51,043 bases of DNA from Basidiobolus meristosporus CBS 931.73 (lineage: Eukaryota; Fungi; Basidiobolomycota), in contig MCFE01000635.1 in NCBI GenBank assembly GCA_002104905.1, positions 1 to 51,043 on the forward strand, read 5' to 3'. The notes beneath the pieces were generated by a model. That model saw only the letters and a program-made list of their open reading frames with translations. It was not told the origin of the DNA and did no database searches. Shown piece after piece: positions 34,471 through 44,774 of this stretch. The position numbers were made by a program, and so were the translations under genes. Position 1 is the first letter of the stretch, and the number at the start of each line of letters is the position of its first letter.

Positions 34471-35658
34471 TGTAGTAATGGAAAGTATTCCATTACTACA
34501 ACATCTCTAAACCAATAATGCACTCATTTCTTTATTTGCTTTTTGCTATCACAACACACAAGTGAAAGACCAAGAATTTCCAACTTTGAAGAACAAATGC
34601 TCCAGACTCTGACAAGCAATCCACCCAAGAATATTATGTCATACAGAAAACGTAGTAGCCAACACATGTTTCAAATTACAGCTCATTTGAAGCAGTACTT
34701 AAGGAGTTATGACCAAATGAGTCCAATTATTATATATACTATGCCTTTTTGCTAGGTTTACTAGGGTGACTTTGATCACGTGAAACTTTTTAACCAGCCA
34801 TTCCAATCACGTGATATTTTCACAGGTGCTGCGCCCATGTCCGATCTGTGCCACTGCGCAATTTTAGCTTTGTATCACGTGTATTGCTTGCGCAATTGCC
34901 CAAAAACTTGGATCCTTCAAAATTTTCATATATATGACTTCCCCAGCTGAAAAATAAAGGGAAAGCCTCTCTTTCTAGAATCTCCACACTACAATTACAA
35001 GTTTAAAGGTTATAAGACTTCCCCTGCATCACTTGCACTGTTGAGTATTCTGACTTTGATCAGTACTACATCAGTAAAGAGACTGCAAAGCTCACAAGAA
35101 TTCAATCTAAGTTCTACAAGAAACTACCACTTTTCTGTGGGAAAAGTCCCCTCTAAAAAACCCCTTTACTCTAAAGACACCCCTTTAGACACCCCTTTAG
35201 TCTAAAGACCCCTTTAGAGACCCCTTTAAGAAACCCCTTTACTCTAAAGAAGCCCCTTTAGGCACCCCTTTACTCCAAAGACACCCCTTTAGGTCTAAAG
35301 ACCCCTTTAGAGACTTCTACAACACTCCCCTTTAGGTTAAAGGGGAGTTCAGAATTTCCATATTAGAAAATACTTTCTTGGAAAGGAAAGTGACTTCCAA
35401 ATAAGGAAAAGTTACTATAAAAGTAAATAAGCCCATTAGTCAACAGAAGGTCAGAACACTGCTGTAGAAGTGATGAACACTGCCTACAGTATATTTTGAG
35501 CCTAAGATTGAGGAAATTAGTGAAAGTTAAATCTTCTATTGTTATGTCAAACTCCCAATAAACTATTTCAGTATTAGCATACTGGAAGTTGTTGTATATT
35601 GTTGATTAGCCTCTACATTGTAGAACAAGCCCCAAACTAATCATAATACAACATAACA
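34471..35658 (+). mobile_element. 1188-bp solo-LTR-like insertion, TG...CA, TSD GGCC
   Basis: GGCC at 34467-34470 and 35659-35662; single GGCC in the P1 paralog (~29980); promoter-like motifs and TATA inside. Orientation inferred. Confidence 0.8.
35148..35348. repeat. CCCCTTTA array (~11 direct copies) closed by an 11-bp hairpin
   Basis: Repeated CCCCTTTA interleaved with CTAAAG; ACTCCCCTTTA-GGT-TAAAGGGGAGT at 35324-35348. Confidence 0.9.
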
Positions 35659-36570
35659 GGCCAAGTTGCAGCATTGCACTCATCAACTAGGAGGCAAAAT
35701 ACTGACTACAAATACACAAGTAGCCAAGATGATAGTCAGCCAGGAAGTAGTATAGGTGTGCAAAGTGAGTCACTACCAAATGCTTCAGTAGTAATCACTG
35801 TGAGAAAAAAACCCAGGAGAAGATGATGCAATCACTTTGAATTGCTATTATTTGTAATGATCCCAACAACCCATTTTTTTTGCAATCCAAATCAAGCCGT
35901 TGCAAATCAGTGATCATCAATTTTTTGATATAAGTAATATCAAGGTTTTTCTCACATTTGAGACAAAACCCCTATAAATAAACACCCTGCATATATATAC
36001 ATTATCTGTAATACCAGTGCAGCTATTGGATCTGTTTTGCACCTACCCAATTGCTTGTGTGCTAGCTATGACACCTTGTCCAATCACTAGGATCAGGGAT
36101 TTACTTGCTCAATGGGCAAAATGGGATATTTGATGGCAAATCAGGTAGCTTGTTTAGTAGTCAATGAGCCACTTGGGGGCTGCCAACTTCAGGATACTTT
36201 GGGACCAATTAACCACTGAGGTACCATCCAATTGGAGTGATGGTAACCAAAATGGTAAGTATCAGTGTAGTTTATAGTGTGATTTACATTTATTTCCATA
36301 TACATCAAAGAAACATATCCAAATACCAGATTTTGCCTGCCATAATAGCCATATCCAATTGTGCATGTGATGCAAACATTACCAGTTGGCGCAATCATCC
36401 ATGCCAACCTCATCATGTCAGATTGTGCCATAGTCTACAAGATTGTGCCACATAGTGCAAAATTGTCCAAGAACAAATGTGCCTTCTGGTAGCTATAATA
36501 TTGCGCCCAATTGTTCTTTACAACCACAGATTATGCTGCATGCCCTGGCAAGGTACAATGGAACAAGTCT

Positions 36571-36778
36571 AATATATTCCTTCTCCCTTCTGGATTCTAG
36601 TCCCTCTTATAGGTGCATTCTGGCTCTTGTTTGTGCAAATTGACTATTGAATGGTGCAGGAACTGGCTTGCAATCAAGAGAAATCTGACATACCATGATG
36701 TGGTTTTCCTAATGATAATTAGCTACTTGTTGCACTGCACCCAACTTTGCATTACTTAGCTGAATACCCACATGTTGA
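36571..36778 (-). other. Inverted duplicate of the CACTA flank of P1 (27790-27998), carried with P2
   Basis: Reverse complement of 27790-27998 with the same TIR junction; then joins an ORF2 fragment (36779-36935, paralog of 30817-30974). Confidence 0.85.
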
Positions 36779-36935
36779 ACTCATGCCACAGCTTTCTACT
36801 CAAATACTTCCATCTTTGTCAACTCTCTGAGGTATCTAGTTCTGCTAGATTAATCAGTAGTGCCCAAATATCTGTATGAAGGCTCATCATAGACACTTGG
36901 GCCATACTAAAATCATTTGGCAAGAACTCAAACGG

Positions 36936-38008
36936 TGTGGTGGTGTATAGGTCCAAGGGAGAGATACATCCAACACTTCTCAAGTGTTTTGTGTGTGGGG
37001 TGTTCACTGGGTGCAATAACCTCTGGCAAAAGCTTGCTAGGAATACTTGGGTTCTGTTTCTAATCTAATGTGAAGGGGGATAAAGCCACAAGCTTGTCAA
37101 GGGAAAACTATTGAGCTACAATCCCCAACTTAGTTGGCGTCTTAACAAAAGTATGTGCTGGGTTCAGCATCCTTTGAGATGACAATGTACTAAAGCTTCC
37201 AAAGTCAAAACAACTGTAAACTCCACCAGCAGGGACTTGATAAGAATGCAGCTGTGGTCAATAGTTACAAAGACAGAAAAGTATCTTTGCCTGTACAAGA
37301 ACAAACTTAGGAAAGAATCAAATATAATAAAAGATACCTACTCTGAGTATTCCTCACAAGTAGTGCCTCCAAGGTCAGTTGGCTGTCAGTGTGGTTTCCT
37401 GGGAGTGTCCTGTGGTCTGGGGTTGGAAGTTCAGGTAGCAGCAGGTAGCAGTGATCACACTAATCAACAAGTCGGTATATTGATAAAAGGGATGATGATT
37501 TATTGTTGAGGGATAGCCTCCCTTATATACTTTTTTCTCACTGGCTAAGTGATTACTAATCATGGTGTTCCAGAAGGTTCCGGAGATCAATAGAAATCTT
37601 AATGACATCAGAATGACCTAAGAATGTTCTAAGTAGGTGCCGGAAGGTTCTAAGAGGCACAGCACATCCAACCAATCAGGAATCAGTATTCTGAAACTTG
37701 TGTAACATGGGGATACCATATATGGTATGGAAATGGTAGGGATGGTGACACAGGTTGATTGTGTGTCACAGGTACTGGCGTGGGTACTTGCCTAATATAG
37801 AAGTACTTATAGCTAGTAATCTTACATAAAGTGAGGGGTAACTTATGCAATAAGGTAAGCAGGTGTGATAGTCAACTGGCTTATGGGATAGTACTGATTG
37901 GGTAAGACAAATGGGATAAAACTAAAATAAGTGTAGTAGAGATATAGGGAAGTAGAAAATAAGGGAATGAGCACATCTGTCAGTGGGTGTCACTGTCACC
38001 CCACTACA
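36936..38008 (-). mobile_element. 1073-bp family solo LTR, reverse orientation, non-matching flanks (ACGG / CCGG)
   Basis: Reverse complement of 28220-29292; left flank is PHIS ORF2, right flank is the interior of another LTR copy. Confidence 0.9.
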
Positions 38009-38716
38009 CCGGCACCTACTTAGAACATTCTTAGGTCATTCTGATGTCATTAAGATTTCTATTGATCTCCGAAACCTTCTGGAACACCATGATTAGTAAT
38101 CACTTAGCCAGTGAAAAAAAAGTATATAAGGGAGGCTATCCCTCAACAATAAATCATCATCCCTTTTATCAATATACCAACTTGTTGATTAGTGTGATCA
38201 CTGCTACCTGCTGCTACCTGAACTTCCAACTCTAGACCACAGGACACTCCCAGGAAACCGCGCTGATAGCCAACTGACCTTGGAGGCACTACTTGTGAGG
38301 AATACTCAGAGTAGGTATCTTTTACTATATTTGATTCTTTCCCAAGTTTGTTCTTGTACAGGCAAAGATACTTTTCTGTCTTTGTAACTATTGACCAAAG
38401 CAGCATTCTTATCAAGTCCCTGCTGGTGGAGTTTACAGTTGTTTTGACTTTGGAAGCTTTAGTACATTGTCATCTCAAAGGATGCTGAACCCAGCACATA
38501 CTTTTGTTAAGACGCCAACTAAGTTGGGGATTGTAGCTCAATAGTTTTCCCTTGACAAGCTTGTGGCTTTATTCCCCTTCACATTAGATTAGAGACAGAA
38601 CCCAAGTATTCCTAGCAAGCTTTTGCCAGAGGTTATTGCACTCAGTGAACACCCCACACACAAAACACTTGAGAAGTGTTGGACATATCTCTCCCTTGGA
38701 CTTATACACCACCACA
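38009..38716 (+). repeat. 5'-truncated 1073-bp family LTR (equivalent to 28585-29292)
   Basis: Begins at the internal CCGG; ends CACCACA|GTGC. Confidence 0.9.
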
Positions 38717-38849
38717 GTGCCAAATCAATTCAAACCACCTCCATACAATCATCCACCAATTTTAATATGACTTACTCATCTGAATGATCTTTTCTCATCA
38801 ATCCCATCACTACCACTGGATTTCCTTTTGACACACTAGAGGAGATCTA

Positions 38850-39649
38850 TTCCAAGTGCTGTGGACCATCTACCCCAATCTACTCAAGGAGATCCCTTGT
38901 TAAGCTTCTCTGCTATTACAAGAACTATTGCCCTACAAGGTTTTATCCCACCATCCATGTCAACAAAAGTCCTAGAAGTTTTCATTCCTAGCTGACAGCA
39001 ATGGAGAACCACCTTGCAGAGTGTATGAATGACATGGAGCAAGCTTGGAATACTAGGTTCAGAAGCTCCAATAGACTTCCATATCCCAGAGTGTTCAGCA
39101 ACAGGTTCCATTTCAGGAGTATTATAGATACCTTCACATGAGGATTACAGACCTTCTAGAGGGCAGAGGCACTTTTATTCTGGCAAGTACAAGGCACACT
39201 GTGTGAAGTTTCAAGCACTGTCTGACATTGAGGGTAACATCATCTGGTTTAGTGGGCCATATGCTGGAAGTAGGCATGACAAAGCACTCTGGGTAGAGAA
39301 TTATCCTGAACTCAGTAGAGGGAAGAAATGTATGTCAGACTTAGCCTATATAGGAGAGGATTGTCACAGATTTGGATGTATTACAGCTTATAGGAAGCCA
39401 AGGAATGGTGCACTTAGCAGGAAGCAGAGGCTCTACAATGAGATATTTAATCATTTCAGAGTGGGGGTAGAGCACACACTGGGATATCTGAAGAGATTCA
39501 GCATATTGGCAGGTAAACACAGAGGAAAGTCATATATAGGAGAAAACAGCAGAATTGGTAAAATAGTTAAGATACTTATTAATGCACAGTATGCTCATAG
39601 AAGAAGACCTCCACTGAGAGAAATGTGTCTGGAGCATTATGAAGAGTAA
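38850..39649 (+). pseudogene. DDE_Tnp_4 transposase, copy P1 (frameshifted near 39140)
   Basis: Paralog of 31382-32200; track ORF 39203-39649. Confidence 0.88.
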
Positions 39650-39812
39650 ATACAGAAAGGAAAGCACTATTCTGAGTAACATAAGTAAGATTGAGTAAAA
39701 TTACCAGTAACTGTATCATACCACTGGCATCATGGTAGAAATTATAGTGCCAGATAAATACGGCACTATAAATAGGCTGGCACTATGTGGCACTATCCAA
39801 CAGAACAAGTCT

Positions 39813-40330
39813 AATGGCCAAATACCAAAAAGTTCTTTGTGCATATTCAGGAAATATTCATGGCAGAAGTGGTGGCAACCAAGTATTTGCTTGCAGGATA
39901 TATATGTTACCAGCAATACATGGTACGGCAGCTTTTCAAGCATCACACCAAAAAGCCATAAAGCTGAGGTGATAGAAGTATGTCAATTGCAGCATGTGTG
40001 CATATTTGTAGAGGTTAGTAAGCTGGAGGCCATAGTATTTCTTGGTTCAAGCTATATATGGAACATTCAAGGTAGTAGTGGGTAAGCAAATAAAGAGGTG
40101 TAATTCTACAGTGGAATATATGAATTGGGTAAGGGGAGGTAGAAAAGGGAAATACCATTTGGTACACTGGTACAGTAGCATCATACAGACCTAGCTGTAG
40201 GCTGCCATACTGCCAGAATAGTGCCATCAGAGGCTTGCAAAGCAGCTGTCAAAATACCATCAGGTTTTTAGGCGTATAAGGCAACTGCATGTACTGGCCC
40301 ATTAGATCCACTCAAGTAGTTGTAAAGCAC
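39813..40330 (+). pseudogene. CACTA 3' continuation after the PHIS insertion
   Basis: Matches 41881-42400. Confidence 0.75.
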
Positions 40331-40386
40331 ATTTAGACTACAACATTACTATGCAACCCTTGCCAAAATACTGCACAAACAAAACA

Positions 40387-42470
40387 AGCAAGGGCTATTT
40401 TGAAGGTATGTATGACCATGCCTTTGCCTTAGCACTTGATGGATTCTCATTAAATAAGTACTCTACCAGCAAATCCTGCTGGCCACTGATTCTCATCAAT
40501 CTGAATCTGCCACCCATCTCACAGTATCAGAGAAATAATCTGATGGTTGTCTCACTTGTATATGGGCCTAAATCACTGTCCAACCTGGATAGCTACCTGT
40601 ATCCATTGCTTGATGCATTTTGTATGCTATCCAGCAGGATAACAGCAAATGGCTGTTATGTAAAAGGCATATCATTATCTGCATTGGAGATACCCCAGCC
40701 ATCAGCAAGATAGTAGGTTTGTCCAGGCACAATGGATGGTATTGCTGTCAAATGTGTGAGATCCAGGGGTTTACTCCATAACTCACACACATTATCATTA
40801 ACCAAGCACCAGCACTAAAAACATCATCTTTCCACAGAGAGAACATACAGAAGTTAGCATGCAACTGCAGCAAAGTTGGCAAGTTATACGCTATTGGCCA
40901 GAATATGGAATCAATTGGAAACCAGAGATACTTAAGATAGAGGGTATCTGTTGGAGCAAAGGTTTTCCACTAGGAGCAATGCATTTGCTTTTCAACAATA
41001 TTCCTATACTGATGACCAAGTTGTATAGGGGACATTTCAAGCTAAATGAGCCCTTTGAGATACCAGAGAAATTTGAAAGAATTGGCAAGATATTGCAGAG
41101 TATCCACTACCCTAAGTGCTCCATACAGGCTCCAATTAATATTCATATGCATATGCAACAATACAAATGCAAAGACTTGGTGATCTGGATATGTATTTAT
41201 TCAAGTGGTGCTCTGAAGCCATTCCTACCAAGAGTACATTGGGAGTCATATGTGGAGGTTGTAGGAATATCTATCCAGAAGCGGATCACCAATGCCAACT
41301 TGACACATTTACAGCTGTTGTGCAAGGAGTTTGTGACAGGATTTGAGTGGCTATACTACAAACTTAAAGCTGAACACATAGATCTCTGCTGCTACTGTAT
41401 CCATTCTTTACTCCATCTTGCATGGTGTGTGGAGAATATTGGGCCTTGCTTCACCATTTGGGAGTTTCCCATGGAGTGGATGTGTGAGCAGATAGGAAGA
41501 CAAGTCAAGTTGCAGGTGCTACCATTTCCCAATCTCATCAATAATATTCCCTTCAAGTCCATCATGAATGTGATGAGTTGGCACATGGAGGACAGCCAGG
41601 AAGAGTTGGAAAATACTTAGGACAAATGTGCACATGGAGACACCTATGCCTATGGCATTAAGAAGCTAATCAGCCCCAATGCATGGGTAATCAGTTAAGT
41701 AATGCAAAGTTGGGTGCAGTGCAACAAGCAACTAATATTTATTAGGAAAACCCTACCAAGGTATGCCAGATTTCTCATGGTTGCAAGCCAACTTTTACAT
41801 CATTCAATATGGAATTCACACAAACAAAAGCCAGAGCGCACCTATAAGGGGGACTAGAATTCAACAGGGAGAAGGAATATATTGGCTAAATACCAAGAAG
41901 TTCTTTGTGGATATTCAGGAGGTATTCATGGCAGAAGTTGCAACAGCCAAATATATGTTTGCAAGATGTATATGTTACCAGCAGTACAAGGTATATGGCA
42001 ACTTTGCAAGTATCACACTAAAATGTTGTAAAGTTGAGGTGATAGAAGTATGTCAATTGTGGCAGGTGTGTGCATTTGTAGAGGTTAGTAAGCAGGAGGC
42101 TGTAGTTTTTTTTGATTTGAGCTATATGGGGAATACCCAAGGCTGTAGTTGGTAAGCAAATAAGGAGGGGTGATTCTACAGTGGAATATATGAAGTGCAC
42201 AAGGGGGGCAGTAGGAAAAGGAAATACCATCTGGTATATTGGTAAGGTAGCAGTATACAGAACCAGCTCTGGGCCATCACACTGCCAATGTAATACCATC
42301 AGAGTCTTCCTGTGAGACCGTCAAAATACCATCCAGTTTCTTGCCATATAAGGCAATTGGATGTAATGGCTGGTTGCATCCACTTAAAATAGTTGTAGAG
42401 CACTAAAAGACTGTAACAATACCATGCAATTATTGTCACAGCACCAATAAAATCTTATCAAGTTTTATCC
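40387..42470 (+). pseudogene. Second CACTA transposase copy, decayed; contains the empty PHIS site
   Basis: ALDGFSLNKYSTSKSCWPLILINLNLPP...GPKS...LDSYLYPLLD; LGAMHLLFNNI; CIHSLLHLAWCVENIGPCFTIWEFPME. Confidence 0.88.
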
Positions 42471-42479
42471 CTTTATTTG

Positions 42480-43402
42480 GCTGCAAAATTTGCAAAACAC
42501 CATTGTGATCCCATCATAAGATTGTTAAGCAGGTCACTAATTCCAAGCTGCTGGTATTATGATGGACTCTAAACAGGATCCTGACAGCTGATCTGGATTG
42601 GATCCACCTGCGGGACCAAATTATTTCCATGGGGTCTGTTAATTAGATTTATCATTTTTTCTTCTAGCTGCATCTTCATAGTGAGGAATTTTTGTCTCGG
42701 ATACATTTTCTTAGCTGCTGAACATGACTGTTAGGTGTCTTCTAATACCTTCCAGATATTCTTTGCTGTTTTAGCTCTTGAGCATTGAATCAGCAACTTG
42801 CCTGTAACATTAAGGCAAGTGCATTTAAAGGCACTTTGTTCTTTCTTCTGGTACTTTAACACTTCCTCTCCCATGTTGTTAAGGGGGCATTCTTCTCCCA
42901 TGACAATATCCTAAACATCTCTTTCTTGTAACAGCTTCTTCATCTTTACCTTCCACACTTGGTTGTTAGATCCATCCAACTTTTCAGCAAAGGGAAAAGT
43001 TCCAGTAATAGCAATAGTAGACATTGCAGGGAGTGACAGCTTGGGGCTCATAGCCTGTTGTAAGAGTTTTGGAGATATTTGAAGTATCTGGGAGGACAAA
43101 TAGATTATGAGATTTTTACTTAATGACTTATTGAATGTAAAATAGTATTTATACTTTTACCTAGTCTTGATATTGCAAACATATAAAATAGGCTAAGGAA
43201 GGTCCCAAGAACATGTGTGCAATGCTTGGGGCTGTTTGGACAACTTTGAGAACTTTCATGTTCTGGGTACCTGATATTTTGGTGAAGATATTCTAAGTGA
43301 ATCCCAACAAGGAGTTTGGCCAGTATTCCCTATGATTTGAAGGCAATAATATAAGTGACTAAGTAAGGTGAATACATTGGTGGAATTACAAACTTTACAA
43401 CA
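42480..43402 (-). mobile_element. Copia family A 5' fragment: LTR 43056-43402, PBS 43044-43055, gag
   Basis: GGCTATGAGCCC after the LTR; EKLDGSNNQVWKVKMKKLLQERDV. Confidence 0.85.
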
Positions 43403-43419
43403 GATATGAATAGCTTGTA

Positions 43420-44490
43420 TAAAGAAACACTAATGCTTTGGTACATGAGATTTTGATTATTTGCACAAAATTATCAAAGATCAGTTAATTTCCAGAGTAA
43501 AAATTGATTCCCCTGCTAGTTTGGGGCACTGTGATGACTGCATATATAGGAAACAAGTTAGTCAACTATTCCAGAGCTCTGAGCCAATCAAAACTAAGAA
43601 AAATTAGACCTAATTCACTCAGATATGTGTGGACCTATGCAAAATTTATCCTAATGCAGGATGAAGTATTTAATCACTTTTGTTGATTATTGCACTAGAT
43701 ACATGTGGGTCTACTTCATGGAAAGCAAGGAAGAAGTTCTGTAAAAGTTTGGGGAGCTCAAAGCTATGGTGGAGAGAGAAACTGGTGAAAAAATCAAGAA
43801 AATACGCTCTGACATTGATGTAGAATATACCTCAAACCCTTCATCAACTTGCGTAAAATTCATGGGATAAAGCAAGAGACTATTTACCATACTGCCCATT
43901 GCAAAATGGAGTAGCAGATTATGCAAACCAATCAATAATTGATATGGCAAATATATGAACTATGATCAAATATTATACTATGATTTTGGGCGGAATTAGT
44001 TGCCACAGCTGTATGCCTTAAAAATAGGAGTATACCAGAGCACTTTGTCATTGTACTCCATCTGAAGCATGTTATAGACACAGACCAAGTGCAAAACAGT
44101 GTATTTGGGTGTACAGCATTGCCAAGAAACTGCCCCAAAATCAGATTTTTGAGCTACTGCAATGAGAGTAAGACATACAGACTCTACAATACAAAATCAA
44201 AGAAGCTAATCAAGTCTTGGGATGTGTTGTTTGATGAAATTTCAAAATTTTCACAAAAAATGACATCAGATGATGACAAAAACTGACTGCAAGTCTACCA
44301 ATAGTCAGGATTGAATCAGAAGAGAACAATGAGAATTTTTTCACTCCAGAGGACCCTAGAGTGGGGTTCAGCCTGAATAAGTGCCCAGGAATATCCCAGA
44401 GGGGATCATTCCAGCATCAAATGCAAGAAGATCCAACAGGAAAAGAAATGGCCAAAATTACTATATGAATGAGGGTACAGTTGTGCATCA
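43420..44490 (+). pseudogene. Copia family A integrase-region remnant
   Basis: Homologous to the reverse complement of ~46730-47830; TYRLYNTKSKKLIKSWDVLFDE. Confidence 0.75.
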
Positions 44491-44774
44491 ATAATTAAAA
44501 CTTGGCCAATTTCACTCTGTTACAGAATCTAGTACCCTGACTGATTTTCCCTAACCCAAGCATAACTAATCCCTGTTATGGTTGATTTTATCACTTCTCA
44601 GAATCTATTTTTAGCTGTGACACCTGAACAATTTTTATGTGGGCATTACGTCCTCAACTGATCTGCTAAGCCTTTCCAAGTGATAAGTCATCTGGGATTT
44701 ATCCAACCACTTAGCAGTTGCCAAGACATCAGCTGATTAATGATGCAATTTTTCATTTATCTTATGCACCTATC

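Larger units (their letters stand above)
32625..35830 (+). pseudogene. PHIS second ORF, copy P2, split by two solo LTRs
   Basis: Reverse-complement homolog of 29816-31076; pieces 32625-32988, 34065-34470 and 35659-35830. Confidence 0.65.
31179..36570. mobile_element. Pangu-like PHIS transposon copy P2, complete and inverted relative to P1 (~3.1 kb without LTR insertions)
   Basis: ATT|AGACTTGTTCTGTTGG at 31179; CAATGGAACAAGTCT at 36570; transposase on minus and ORF2 on plus, diverging from 32200-32620. Confidence 0.8.
27999..39812. mobile_element. Pangu-like PHIS transposon copy P1 (left TIR 27999, right TIR ending 39812) inserted in CACTA, with nested material
   Basis: CACTA left flank ...AATAT-ATT|AGATTTGTTCC; right flank GAACAAGTCT|AAT-GGCCAAATACC; empty CACTA site AATAT-ATT-GGCTAAATACC at 41876-41894. 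Confidence 0.75.

Noticed and set aside
35148-35348. CCCCTTTA array as interstitial telomere
   Set aside because: The G-rich strand is TAAAGGGG, not TTAGGG/TTTAGGG type; spacing is irregular; it lies inside a TSD-bounded insertion.
27996-39815. Reading the PHIS termini as TAGACTTG with a 2-bp AT TSD (ISL2EU type)
   Set aside because: Empty-site reconstruction at 514 and 41881 only fits a 3-bp duplication. The ATT/AAT mismatch at 39813 is best treated as one substitution.
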